64,000 bases of DNA from Treponemataceae bacterium. Lineage in GTDB: Bacteria; Spirochaetota; Spirochaetia; Treponematales; Rectinemataceae. The position numbers and the translations under genes were made by a program. The notes below the pieces were generated by a model that worked only from the letters and a program-made list of their open reading frames with translations, made no database searches and was not told the origin of the DNA. This document shows, in pieces, positions 8,767 through 18,534 of this stretch (its first letter is position 1; each line of letters starts with the position of its first letter). Location of the stretch: positions 416,001-480,000 of the forward strand of contig CAXXVZ010000003.1 in assembly GCA_963678065.2 (NCBI GenBank), given 5' to 3'.

Positions 8767-9611
8767 CTCGTTCCCTCCCAGTCGATTTCGTCGGCCCGGA
8801 AAACGGGACCGTCCGCGCAGGCGCGGGAGTATCCGCCATCGGCCCTGCGGACCGCACATCCCATACAGGCTCCGACGCCGCAGGCCATCCACTGTTCCAC
8901 GGAGAAGTATGCCTCACAGCGCCGCTCAAGAGCGAGACGGGCGAGAGCCGCTAGCATGGGGTGAGGCCCGCAGGCATACAACCGCGTTCCCGGAGAAAGA
9001 GGCCGGGCAGACAGGTAATCCACCGTGGTGCCATGAAAGCCGGAACTACCGTCATCCGTGCAGAGGGTAAGGCCTTCCGGCAATTCGATATCGGGTATCG
9101 ATTCCGAGTTGCGGAACCCCGCGACAAACTCCAGGCCACAAGATGGATTCATGCCCGCGAGGAAGCGTGCGAGGAAGAGGACAGGGCCGAGCCCGATCCC
9201 TCCTGCTACAAGGAGACAGGGGGGCGGGGCGGTTCGGGGCAGGAAGTCGGCGGGGGTATTCGGTTCCATGGCTGCTTCGGGGCAGAGACATGGTTTGTTC
9301 ACAGTAGTGTCGGATACGGGAAAGCCCTTTCCGAGAGGAGCGATGATGTCGAGGGAGGAATCAGGGGCGAGGGAAGCGAGCAGGCGGGTCGCAGGGCCGC
9401 GGACTTGATAGATTGCGTCGGCCACATTTTCTGAAAAATCCGAAAACGCGAAGGGGCGTCTGAGAAGGGGATCGGAAAAAGGCGAAGCCTTCAGGGTGAA
9501 GAACTGGCCGGGAAGAGGGACACCCGCCGACTCGTCCCAGCTGAAAGAGAGTTCCATCCACCCCGGGGCAATTCTCCTGTTCCGAAGAATGCGGGCACCG
9601 AACTGCTTCAC
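8763..9611 (-). CDS. pyrK: dihydroorotate dehydrogenase electron-transfer subunit
   Basis: PGQF, LRRPF, PLGKGF, VAGGIG, YACGP, MACGVGACMGC...C.DGPVF 2Fe-2S motif. Confidence 0.93.
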   Translation of the reverse strand: MKQFGARILRNRRIAPGWMELSFSWDESAGVPLPGQFFTLKASPFSDPLLRRPFAFSDFSENVADAIYQVRGPATRLLASLAPDSSLDIIAPLGKGFPVSDTTVNKPCLCPEAAMEPNTPADFLPRTAPPPCLLVAGGIGLGPVLFLARFLAGMNPSCGLEFVAGFRNSESIPDIELPEGLTLCTDDGSSGFHGTTVDYLSARPLSPGTRLYACGPHPMLAALARLALERRCEAYFSVEQWMACGVGACMGCAVRRADGGYSRACADGPVFRADEIDWEGTR

Positions 9612-9671
9612 GGCTTTCCTCCTGTCCAGGAACCCGTCTGCTTCGTATCTGGACGGCGGGCGAACGCGAAG

Positions 9672-10460
9672 TTACACAAGTTCATTCAACTTCCGTTCTA
9701 TTTCGGCCAGTTTCCCGTTCAGGCTCTCGATCATGTGTTCGAGCCTTTCCTTTTCCTGCAGGAGTCGCTCTGAGGGATCCTCAGGCACTTCGCGTGCCGT
9801 GTATCGCGCCTTGACCGCCGCGGGGCTGAGTCCGGAGCGCAGGGCTTCCACAGCCTCGCCCCTCTTCGTTTCATCCTTGATTCCGGCAGCCATCTTCATG
9901 CCATCCCAACCGATATCAGGATCGATGCTGTAAGCCGCGGCCCTGACCGCCGCACCCGCCGTCGCCCTCGGAACGCCGAGAACCCTGTCGACATAATCCT
10001 CGAAGCGGGTCTTGTACCGTTCGCAGAGTTTCTGGGCTTCTATCATCAGGTTTCCGAACTCGAGCATGAGGCGGCCGTTTTCATGGATGCAGCTCTCCTT
10101 GATCCGCGCAGTCAGGCTGCGGAAATCTTCGGAGGCTTCAAAGACATTCTCATAGTGTCCTTTACTTTCGGCGGCAAGGAGTACTTCGTGAAAGATGCCC
10201 CAGAATTCGTTGCTGTGCGCCCGCCCTGTCGCGATGCCTCCCTTCCGTTCGGCGTGTATATGGTGGGCGTACTCGTGGAGGGCCGTATAGATGAGCTGGT
10301 TGTCTGATTCGAAATTGTGGTTGTGTATGAGGATCTCAGCGGTAGCGGGCTTGTAGAGCCCGTTCACGAGAGAACTTGACTTGCCAGAAAAGACCACGGA
10401 GAAAGGTTTTTGGCAGGGGATAGTGTCGAGAAGAATCGCTGTAACCTGGTCCTGATTCAT
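9672..10460 (-). CDS. HEXXH zinc metalloprotease-like protein with C-terminal helical/coiled-coil region
   Basis: TALHEYAHH plus downstream HSNEF third-ligand-like His; start ATG 10460. Confidence 0.7.
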   Translation of the reverse strand: MNQDQVTAILLDTIPCQKPFSVVFSGKSSSLVNGLYKPATAEILIHNHNFESDNQLIYTALHEYAHHIHAERKGGIATGRAHSNEFWGIFHEVLLAAESKGHYENVFEASEDFRSLTARIKESCIHENGRLMLEFGNLMIEAQKLCERYKTRFEDYVDRVLGVPRATAGAAVRAAAYSIDPDIGWDGMKMAAGIKDETKRGEAVEALRSGLSPAAVKARYTAREVPEDPSERLLQEKERLEHMIESLNGKLAEIERKLNELV

Positions 10461-10467
10461 GCCCGAT

Positions 10468-10496
10468 ACGGTAACCGGACCTATCGAGGGAGTCAA
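10468..10496 (-). promoter_or_regulatory. sigma70-like promoter, leaderless geometry
   Basis: TTGACT-N17-TACCGT-N7-ATG(10460). Confidence 0.5.
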
Positions 10497-10723
10497 TGCC
10501 TGATGGCTCTGTCGATTTCCACCTGATTGAAGCCGACGATGATTTTCCCGTTGATGTCGAGGACGGGTACACCCATCTGTCCTGACTTCCTCAGCATTTC
10601 CTCAGCCCTGCGTGGGTCGGCGGCGACATTGTAGTCGGTGAAGGGTACTCCCTGTTTTTTGAGGTAATCCTTGGCGATGCGGCAGTAGGAACAGCTCGGG
10701 GTCGAATAGATAGAGATGGACAT
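10493..10723 (-). CDS. glutaredoxin-like protein (NrdH/YruB type)
   Basis: YSTPSCSYC CxxC, GQMGVPV, IVGFN; start ATG 10723 after GAGGAG. Confidence 0.9.
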   Translation of the reverse strand: MSISIYSTPSCSYCRIAKDYLKKQGVPFTDYNVAADPRRAEEMLRKSGQMGVPVLDINGKIIVGFNQVEIDRAIRH

Positions 10724-10825
10724 GATCGCTCCTCTGTGTCTTGTATATATGAAAATATTAATATAAAAGACTGATTCCGTCAAGAACTGTGCGGAAAATG
10801 AATCACGAAGACAAATCCGGCGCGA

Positions 10826-12517
10826 ATGCTCTGCATGAGTGTACGTGTGGCATTGTGGTTTCTTCTTTGCTTTTGCTCATCCGCAATTCTGCCTGTCCCG
10901 GTCCAGGCATCCGGAACGGGCACAGGGAATAAAAGATACACGACGCACTTTTTTCTCACGCAGAAACTCAGTCTTGACAATCCCGATCAGGATGCCGGAT
11001 CGGAGAGCGCAAGCGGATCCAGCATCCGCGCAGCCGCGACCAGCTTCCGCTTCGAGGATTCGAGGGGTAACCTTATCCTCTTGTCACAAGAATACCCGGA
11101 CAGCGGAACACTCATGCGCGGTGGAGCGATCCTGTCCTCCGGGACCGCCTGGATCGGCGCCGGTCCAGGAAAACTGGCAGGAGCAGCCGCGTGTTTGAGC
11201 GGACTTCTTCCGAACACTTCCGTTCCGATGCTCTCTATCCCCTTTTCCCTTGCCCCCTCGCTCGATTCAAGCACCTTCCTGACCGGGCTCGGAACGAGAA
11301 ATCTCGCTGTCTTCGCGGCAAAGAAGGAGGAAGCTGGAACGTCTTTCGGAAATCTATGTTTTGTGGCTTCCGGCGGTGAAGACAATCTGAGGGCGGCCCT
11401 CTCATTCGCTGCGATCGCAAAAGACGCGCGCTTTCCTCTTCTTGGCTGGCGGCCCGCAGAAGCCCCCGATCCCGCGGAGATGGTGTTCAGGATGGCTGCC
11501 GGCATTTCAGCGCTGCTTGAAAAGTGGGAATTTGAGTTGAGGTCGGCGATCTCCGCGGGGCGGATCCTGTCTCCGGGCTGTGGCCTGGGCGGGTCGGTTT
11601 CTTTTTCGGAAAACCGGTTCCGGCTGATGGGCGGATTCGCCTTGTCGAACCCGGAAATCAGGGATTACGAAGGAAAAAGGGCGCGAAATCTGGCTGAGCT
11701 GCAGGCAGGACTGAATTTCAGAGGCAAAAAAGGTTCGGTGCTGTCATTCCGGACAAAGATGGAGCTCTCTGCGGAACGAAACGAGGTTAGCGACCAAATC
11801 GTGGAGGAGGGAGAGGACGACACTGACTCGGAGGGGGTGGCAGAGACAGTGAGCGATGGGGAATCGCCCGTATGGGGGTCTGCAGCGTGGTGGAAGACAC
11901 TTCAGGGCTGGTCCTGGATGCAGGGTGCCGGACGGCTCGCCCTGTGCAATAGCTGCTCCTTCAGGCTCCCGCTCCGTGCCGGAGGACAGGAATCACAGGA
12001 TTCCGATGAGGGAGAAGAAGGATCATCACTGTTGTTCGAAATCTCCACTTCAGGAACAGCGAATTCCCCCCTCAAAGACACGCGGGCCGCCCTAGGTTTC
12101 ACGCGGCGAACCAAGGCCGGCTGGGGGGAAAACGGCTTGCATGCGGGATTGTCCATGCGACGGGTGGAGGATGCACGTTCTGTGGAAGGCTTCTCTGCGG
12201 TGGCTTCGGGAAGCTTGGGAGCGGACTTGAAGTATCCCTTCCGGCTCAGGCGCGATTCGCGAAAAAACCATCTTCTCTCGATCGACCTGACCATCTATGC
12301 CTGTCATAACCTTGCAAACGGACTGCTACCGGGGAAAGGCAGCTCTTTTGTCCTGGATATATCCTCCTGCGTCGAACACGAGTCGGGGGCGGGCCTTACC
12401 CTCGGAATAAAACTGAAAGAATCTTTCGCCACGGCGAAGGGGGCGGAGGGTGGGGAGAGCGGGGGAAGGCCCTCCCTCGCGATCTTCCTCACAGGGGCGG
12501 TTGAAACAGGACATTGA
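10826..12517 (+). CDS. hypothetical exported protein, possibly an outer-membrane beta-barrel
   Basis: Signal-peptide-like N-terminus, many amphipathic beta-strand-like segments, two acidic loops; start uncertain (10826/10835). Confidence 0.55.
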   Translation: MLCMSVRVALWFLLCFCSSAILPVPVQASGTGTGNKRYTTHFFLTQKLSLDNPDQDAGSESASGSSIRAAATSFRFEDSRGNLILLSQEYPDSGTLMRGGAILSSGTAWIGAGPGKLAGAAACLSGLLPNTSVPMLSIPFSLAPSLDSSTFLTGLGTRNLAVFAAKKEEAGTSFGNLCFVASGGEDNLRAALSFAAIAKDARFPLLGWRPAEAPDPAEMVFRMAAGISALLEKWEFELRSAISAGRILSPGCGLGGSVSFSENRFRLMGGFALSNPEIRDYEGKRARNLAELQAGLNFRGKKGSVLSFRTKMELSAERNEVSDQIVEEGEDDTDSEGVAETVSDGESPVWGSAAWWKTLQGWSWMQGAGRLALCNSCSFRLPLRAGGQESQDSDEGEEGSSLLFEISTSGTANSPLKDTRAALGFTRRTKAGWGENGLHAGLSMRRVEDARSVEGFSAVASGSLGADLKYPFRLRRDSRKNHLLSIDLTIYACHNLANGLLPGKGSSFVLDISSCVEHESGAGLTLGIKLKESFATAKGAEGGESGGRPSLAIFLTGAVETGH

Positions 12518-12538
12518 AAAGTCTTATCATCCTGCACC

Positions 12539-13198
12539 ATGCTGTATGGGAAAGAACATTCATCCGGGCCAGCCTCCGGAACGACCGCCTTCGTTGTCGT
12601 CGATGTGCAGAACGATTTCTGTCCGGGGGGAGCTCTGGCCGTTGCTGGGGGGGACGCTGTCGTCGATCCGATCAATCGTCTCATGCTTCGCTTCAGACGA
12701 GTCATTCTGACACAGGACTGGCATCCGGTCGGCCATGTCTCATTCGCGTCATCGTGGGCAGGCTCATCCCTTTTCGACACCGTCTCTGTCGAAGGAACGG
12801 AGCAGATACTATGGCCTGATCACTGCGTTGAAGGCAGCGCCGGAGCGGCTTTCCACAAGGATCTGCAGACTGACAACGCGGAATTGATTCTCCGGAAAGG
12901 CTATCACCCTGGAATCGATTCCTACTCCGCATTTTTCGAGAATGACAGGAAAACCGCCACGGGGCTGGCGGGGTGGCTTCGATCCATCGGCGTCGATTCA
13001 ATATGGGTCGCCGGCCTCGCGACCGATTTCTGCGTGCGCTATACGGTTCTCGACGCACTCTCCCTCGGATTCGGAGTCACTGTCGTGGCCGACGCGATCC
13101 GTGGAGTCGACATGCCCGCCGGCAGCGTGGAAGAGGCCCTGCGCGCAATGCAAGAGAAGGGAGCTCGCTTTATTTCTTCCGGGGAGGTTGTACAGTGA
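12539..13198 (+). CDS. pncA: nicotinamidase/pyrazinamidase
   Basis: VVVDVQNDFCPGGAL, TQDWHP..H, WPDHCV, KG..DSYSAF, GLATDFCV. Confidence 0.95.
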   Translation: MLYGKEHSSGPASGTTAFVVVDVQNDFCPGGALAVAGGDAVVDPINRLMLRFRRVILTQDWHPVGHVSFASSWAGSSLFDTVSVEGTEQILWPDHCVEGSAGAAFHKDLQTDNAELILRKGYHPGIDSYSAFFENDRKTATGLAGWLRSIGVDSIWVAGLATDFCVRYTVLDALSLGFGVTVVADAIRGVDMPAGSVEEALRAMQEKGARFISSGEVVQ

Positions 13199-14631
13199 TC
13201 CCGACAAGCGCTCTTTTTACGGATTTCTATGAACTGACCATGGCCCAGGGCTACTGGAAACGGGGACTGAAGGACAGGGCCGTATTCGACTACTTTTTCC
13301 GACGCCAGCCCTTCTCGGGCGGATATTCCGTTTTCGCCGGACTTGGAAGCTTCCTGGATAGCCTGGAATCCCTCCATTTCGATCTGGAGGATATGAAATA
13401 CCTCGGGGGGCTCGGCATCTTCGAACAGGGCTTTCTCGACTATCTCGCCGATTTCCGGTTCACAGGCACCGTCTGGTCCTTCAAAGAGGGGCAACTCGTA
13501 TTTCCGCAGGAACCCATCGTCCGGATCGACGCGGACATCATCCAGGCGCAGATCGTCGAAGGTCTCCTGCTCAACTGCCTCAATTTTCAGACTCTCATCG
13601 CCACGAAATCCGCGCGCGTCTGGCGGGCTTCGGGATTCGGCAACATAATGGAATTCGGGCTCAGGCGCGCGCAGGGACCTGACGGAGCGGTTTCGGCTTC
13701 ACGGGCGGCCTTCATCGGCGGCGTGAAGGGGACATCCAATGCCCTGGCGGGACGCCTTTTCGGCATCCCTGTCATGGGAACCATGGCCCACTCCTGGGTG
13801 ATGTCCTTCCCGAACGAACTCGAGGCCTTCGAGTCGTACGGATCCATCTATCCGGATGCGGCGGTGTTCCTCATCGACACCTACGACACCATGGGCTCCG
13901 GCATCAAGAATGCCATTCTGGCGGGAAAAAAACTTGTCGAAAGGGGAAAGAAATTCGGAGTCCGGCTCGACTCGGGCGACATCGACTACCTCACGCGGGA
14001 GGTCCGGAAGGAGCTCGACGACGCCGGCCTCGGCTCGGCCTCTATCGTCGTGTCCAACGAACTCGACGAGGAGATCATCGAGCATCTGGTCGCCGACAAG
14101 GCTCCGGTCGACACATGGGGCGTCGGAACCCACCTCGTGACGGGCGGGAAGGAGGCCTCCTTCACGGGAGTCTACAAGCTGGCCGCCATCAAGCGGAACG
14201 GGACCTTCGAGCCGTCCATGAAGTTCTCGGACAATCCGGAAAAGTCGACCAATCCGGGGGTCAAACAGGTTTTCCGGCTCTTCGATTCACATGGCTCGGC
14301 CCTCGCCGATTATATCGCCCTCGAAGGCGAAGAGCCAAAGCCTGGCAAGGAAATCCAGCTGAATCATCCCTCCGGCGACTGGCGGCAGTCCCGTATCATC
14401 CCCGACAGAGTCGAGACTCTCCTCGTGAAGGTCATGGACGAGGGCAAGCGATGCCTGCCTCTGCCCGGAATTGCCGAGATCCGCGAGGGATTGCGGGCAC
14501 GTCTCGAGGTATTCGATGGGACCTACCTCAGGCTTCTCAACCCTCATGTCTACAAGGTGTCGATCTCCTCGAAGCTGAAGGAGATGAAGCTCTCCTTCAT
14601 CAACAAGCACTACAAAGTGGCCCGACGGTGA
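13195..14631 (+). CDS. pncB: nicotinate phosphoribosyltransferase
   Basis: LFTDFYELTM, EFGLRRAQG, GTMAHSWV, LIDTYDT, GVRLDSGD; GTG 13195 overlaps pncA stop. Confidence 0.95.
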   Translation: MIPTSALFTDFYELTMAQGYWKRGLKDRAVFDYFFRRQPFSGGYSVFAGLGSFLDSLESLHFDLEDMKYLGGLGIFEQGFLDYLADFRFTGTVWSFKEGQLVFPQEPIVRIDADIIQAQIVEGLLLNCLNFQTLIATKSARVWRASGFGNIMEFGLRRAQGPDGAVSASRAAFIGGVKGTSNALAGRLFGIPVMGTMAHSWVMSFPNELEAFESYGSIYPDAAVFLIDTYDTMGSGIKNAILAGKKLVERGKKFGVRLDSGDIDYLTREVRKELDDAGLGSASIVVSNELDEEIIEHLVADKAPVDTWGVGTHLVTGGKEASFTGVYKLAAIKRNGTFEPSMKFSDNPEKSTNPGVKQVFRLFDSHGSALADYIALEGEEPKPGKEIQLNHPSGDWRQSRIIPDRVETLLVKVMDEGKRCLPLPGIAEIREGLRARLEVFDGTYLRLLNPHVYKVSISSKLKEMKLSFINKHYKVARR

Positions 14632-14664
14632 TCCTGTGATCGGGCCTCCGGCTTCAGCTGCGGC

Positions 14665-16065
14665 TCAGGATCCCGGTGTCGCAAGATTCCTGACCCATCT
14701 GCCCTTCCGCAGCCACCATGCCGCGACGGCCGTTTTAAGGAAATCGGTCAGCTTGGCCCAGCCGAACAGTGCTACCGGTCCTATCGGGGTCAGAGCAGAC
14801 AGAGCCCACGCCAATGGCAGAAATAACAGGTAGGTGACTCCTACGTCCACGTAGACTCCCATCGTGGTGTCCCCTCCGGCCCTGGAAAGAGCGAACTGAG
14901 CATTAAGAAGTGTCCAGAGCGGCAGATATACGGCTATGACGAGGACCATCGATTTCGTCATTACACGGGCTGAATCGCTGAGGTTGCCGAAAACGACGGG
15001 AACGATGAATATTGACGAGGCCGCAAGACATCCTATCCCGATGCCAAAAATCACCGCCCCCGACATGATCCACCGCCCTTTTGTCCGCGCCTCATCAAGT
15101 TTCCCTGCTCCCAACGTCGAACCGACAATGACGGAGGTTGCCGTGTGGACGGCCCCAAAGACAAGAAAGAACAGATTCGCGATCGTCCAGGCGGCAGCCA
15201 TGCCTGCTACGGTGTCCGCCCCGCCCCGCGAGTTGTACATCGCCGTGATCATGGTCTCTGAAAGTACCCAGGCTGTCTCGGAAAACAGCATCATCCCGGA
15301 ACGGGAAAGTACTTCGGTGAGAATCTTTCTGTCCACCCTGAACAGGCTGGCGACGGGTACCGCGAATCCGGGCTTTCGCCGCACGATCCAGAACAGAAAT
15401 AGGGCAATTTCGACGCAGCGTGCGATATCGGTGGCGAGGGCCGCTCCGGCGACTTCCATTCTCGGGGCACCCAGATTCCCGTAGATGAAAACCCAGTTGA
15501 GGAAGGTGTTGACGAGAGCGGCGCTCGTCGAGGCTGCGAGAGAGACTTTCGTCTGTCCGATTTCGCGGAACGATGAGCCGAAGGCTACGGCGAGGGCGAA
15601 GGGGATGAAACTGGGGGCGACCGAGCGCATGTAGATGGCGCCTTGGGCGATGATCGCCTGTCCGGCGGAATTCCGAGATACCATGATGCCGATGAGGAAC
15701 TCGGGCTTGATCATGCAGATAGTGAAATAGAGTCCCGAAAGGATGAGGCTCGCGATGACTTTGAAGCGGAATGCCTGCTGCATGCCCTCACGGTTTCCCG
15801 CGCCGCGGTGCTGGGAGAGAAAGATGCCCCCTGCCATGCAAGCCGTGTTGACGATGATGAAGTAGACGAAATTGACTTGATTGGCGGCGTTGACGGCTGC
15901 CATCTTCACGTCGCCGAGGTTGGCGACCATGAAATTGTCGACGAGAGAGACCATGCCGGTTATGAGGGATTGCAGCATGACAGGTATGGCGATGGAAAGG
16001 GCGCCTTTGTAGAAGCTCGCAGGACCGAAAAGAGGGGCGCGAATGGAACGATCGGAATTTCTCAC
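14665..16065 (-). CDS. MATE family efflux transporter
   Basis: ~12 TM; IAIPVMLQ..VDNFMV..LG, N.FLNWVFIYGNLGAPRMEVAGAALAT. Confidence 0.9.
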   Translation of the reverse strand: MRNSDRSIRAPLFGPASFYKGALSIAIPVMLQSLITGMVSLVDNFMVANLGDVKMAAVNAANQVNFVYFIIVNTACMAGGIFLSQHRGAGNREGMQQAFRFKVIASLILSGLYFTICMIKPEFLIGIMVSRNSAGQAIIAQGAIYMRSVAPSFIPFALAVAFGSSFREIGQTKVSLAASTSAALVNTFLNWVFIYGNLGAPRMEVAGAALATDIARCVEIALFLFWIVRRKPGFAVPVASLFRVDRKILTEVLSRSGMMLFSETAWVLSETMITAMYNSRGGADTVAGMAAAWTIANLFFLVFGAVHTATSVIVGSTLGAGKLDEARTKGRWIMSGAVIFGIGIGCLAASSIFIVPVVFGNLSDSARVMTKSMVLVIAVYLPLWTLLNAQFALSRAGGDTTMGVYVDVGVTYLLFLPLAWALSALTPIGPVALFGWAKLTDFLKTAVAAWWLRKGRWVRNLATPGS

Positions 16066-16121
16066 GATATGTATATATCTCGCGAGGGCGGGCTTGGCCT
16101 AGTCTTTTCGGGAAAACCGTT

Positions 16122-17633
16122 TTATGACGATGTGCCGGTTGCCTGAGCTGTGCGGGAAGCTCTGGGCTTGAGGCGTTTTGCCACCAGTATCTTGGCGACC
16201 ACGAGAAGAAAGAAGAGGAGGGCCCACAGGTTTTTTTGCGCAGAGGGAGGCGGCAGCACGAGTCTTCCGGAGGGCAGGTCGGGGAAAAACTCTCCCGGCT
16301 CAGGTAGAAGTGGGATTGGGCCCGAGGGCGTCGAGGCGATCCAGGCGCTCCCGACAGGGGCGAGTGCGGTGCTTCCGTCGGGGATCTTCGTCGCGTAGCT
16401 TGGTGCAAAAGATGCGAGAATCGCCGAATCGTAGGCAAGCACGAGGCCCTGCGAGGTGATCGAAGCCTTTCCGAGCGAAAAATCGACGTCAGGCCGGAAA
16501 TCGGCGGCGATGGGGGAGGCCGCAGTCGTGGCTGGGTCGAGAATATAGGGACAGTCAGAAGACAGGATGGCGCTTGTGATGGTCTTTCTGCCGCGTACAG
16601 CCTTCACGGGGCTGTCGGCAAGGGTGAGTTCGGGGGAAATGGATTCTTCAAGAAGAGGGAAACAGGCGGCCATGACGCGCGAAAACTGTCCCGAAGCCGA
16701 TACCGTATGCGATGCGGCCGTGAAAAGTACGGGAAAATCCTGGTCGCTCCCCACTCCGTTTCTGACGGAAATACGGTACAGCCCGGGTTCCCGCAAAATG
16801 ATGCGGGATCCGCCGGGCAGGGACTGGATCTGTACAATGGCCGGGGCCACAGGCACGAAAACTCCTGCCTTGCGCACCGAGACAGTGAGGGCCGGGGAGG
16901 GCCCTGAATCGACCATCTCGACCGTCCAGACAGCCCGCGCCCTGTCATGACGCGCGCTGGCAGGCCAGGAATGCCCGGCGGGAAGGGCATCGTCGACCTC
17001 CTCCTTTTTGAGCTCGACGAGTTCGAAACCTGAGGCCTCCGCGGGGAAGCTGTCTGTAAGGAAGGTGACAGCGGAGAATCCCTTCGCAGGAAGCTGCTTC
17101 AGCGCGCTGTAGTCGACAGAGAAGAAGTCGAACGAGGACACGATCCTGACTGCGGATGTTTCAGACTTTCCTCCGGTCAGATATTTTTCGAGGGGAACAA
17201 GGATCGTTTTCCGCCTTCCCGGATCGAAGACAAGCCCGAAAACCTTGTAGTCTTTGAACCGGGCAGTGCCGGAAAGCAGCGTCAATGCGCGGTCGAGAGG
17301 TCTCTTGCCGAAAGGGCCCTCGAGCATGGAGAGAGAGAGGTCGATGACGACAGCCTTTCTGCCCGTATTAATCTGTCGCCACGCTCCGGAAGGATTCAAT
17401 GAAAAACCGGAGGAAGCGAGAACGAGGGCGAGGCATATGGCGATGGCGGCATCGAGGATGCTGTCGTACCAGGTTCGCAGGAATCGTGCAAGGCTTCCGG
17501 AAAGCCCTCGGCGCAGACTCGGTTCGAGGAGGAAGTGCGGATAGTCGATCGCAGGAAGCCTCCGTCGGGTCAGAAAGAGGAGGGCGGCAACCGGCACGAG
17601 GAAGAGGGCCGCGAGAGTGAGTATCTCAGTCAA
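16122..17633 (-). CDS. BatA-like membrane-anchored vWA-type protein
   Basis: Two N-terminal TMs with a basic linker, MIDAS-like VVIDLSLSM and FLTD, C-terminal TM; last gene of the MoxR operon. Confidence 0.6.
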   Translation of the reverse strand: MTEILTLAALFLVPVAALLFLTRRRLPAIDYPHFLLEPSLRRGLSGSLARFLRTWYDSILDAAIAICLALVLASSGFSLNPSGAWRQINTGRKAVVIDLSLSMLEGPFGKRPLDRALTLLSGTARFKDYKVFGLVFDPGRRKTILVPLEKYLTGGKSETSAVRIVSSFDFFSVDYSALKQLPAKGFSAVTFLTDSFPAEASGFELVELKKEEVDDALPAGHSWPASARHDRARAVWTVEMVDSGPSPALTVSVRKAGVFVPVAPAIVQIQSLPGGSRIILREPGLYRISVRNGVGSDQDFPVLFTAASHTVSASGQFSRVMAACFPLLEESISPELTLADSPVKAVRGRKTITSAILSSDCPYILDPATTAASPIAADFRPDVDFSLGKASITSQGLVLAYDSAILASFAPSYATKIPDGSTALAPVGSAWIASTPSGPIPLLPEPGEFFPDLPSGRLVLPPPSAQKNLWALLFFLLVVAKILVAKRLKPRASRTAQATGTSS

Positions 17634-18534
17634 GGATGGCCTCCACGAGGTCGCGGTACAGCGGGATCCTCTGATCCTCCGGTCCGAGTTTCCTCGACCA
17701 TGCAGATTTCAGCGCGACGTCCAGAGCGGCATCGCGCGCGTGGTAGGCTTTCCACATCGTAACATCTACTCCCAGGCGGATGCCTGTCCCCGTTTCAGGA
17801 TCGCGGATTTCGGCCTCGGACAATCCTTCCGTCAAGAGCTCAAGGTCGCGGTGGAGGCGGATGGCGAAGAGCCGGGCGAAGGGACAGAGGGAAGGTGTGA
17901 ATGACGGGTCGAGAAAGTCGGAAATCACGAGGACCCTGCGGCTCGATGACCGGGTCTTCGCCTCGCGCAGAGCCCTCGTGAGCTCTGTCCGCCCCCCTCG
18001 TTCGAGTCCTGCGAGGAAGCCCGTAATGCGCACGCTCGACGGAGAACCATGAGAGGGTGGCATCAGGGCAGTGATCTTGTCCGAGAAAGCCATGAGGTCG
18101 ATGGGCACGCCGAGGCTTGCGAGGATCCAGGCGAGAGATGCGGCCACGCGGAGCGAACAGTTCCCGTCCGTGCCGTCGCCATGTTCGGCTTCCGCGCCCC
18201 CATACTGTCCCTTGCCCCGGATTTTTTCGGTTCCTGAGCCGGAATCGAATACGAAGATAGAAGAGGACAGGTCTATCAGGATGCACAGCCCCTCCCGGAG
18301 GTCGCCAAAAAATTCCTTGATGTAGAGCCTGCCGGAGCGGCCGTAGAGTTTCCAGTCGATGTGGCGCACATCATCGCCGGGACCGTATTCGCGTATGCTC
18401 TTGAGATCGAAGGAGTCCCCCGTCCTCCGGAATGAAGGATCGCTGCGCGTCGAGGACGTTCTGCCTGGTTTCCTGCCTGTCCGTTTCAGGAAGACCCGGA
18501 CAAGGGCCTCGCAGCCGGGATCGACGAAATTCAC
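17626..18534 (-). CDS. DUF58 domain protein (MoxR-associated)
   Basis: REYGPGDDVRHIDWKLYGRSGRLYIKEF, DLSSS, VISDFL. Confidence 0.9.
   Translation of the reverse strand: MNFVDPGCEALVRVFLKRTGRKPGRTSSTRSDPSFRRTGDSFDLKSIREYGPGDDVRHIDWKLYGRSGRLYIKEFFGDLREGLCILIDLSSSIFVFDSGSGTEKIRGKGQYGGAEAEHGDGTDGNCSLRVAASLAWILASLGVPIDLMAFSDKITALMPPSHGSPSSVRITGFLAGLERGGRTELTRALREAKTRSSSRRVLVISDFLDPSFTPSLCPFARLFAIRLHRDLELLTEGLSEAEIRDPETGTGIRLGVDVTMWKAYHARDAALDVALKSAWSRKLGPEDQRIPLYRDLVEAILD

Noticed and set aside
9612..9671. PyrR attenuator upstream of pyrK
   Set aside because: Alternative short stems exist, but there is no PyrR binding-loop consensus or U-tract terminator
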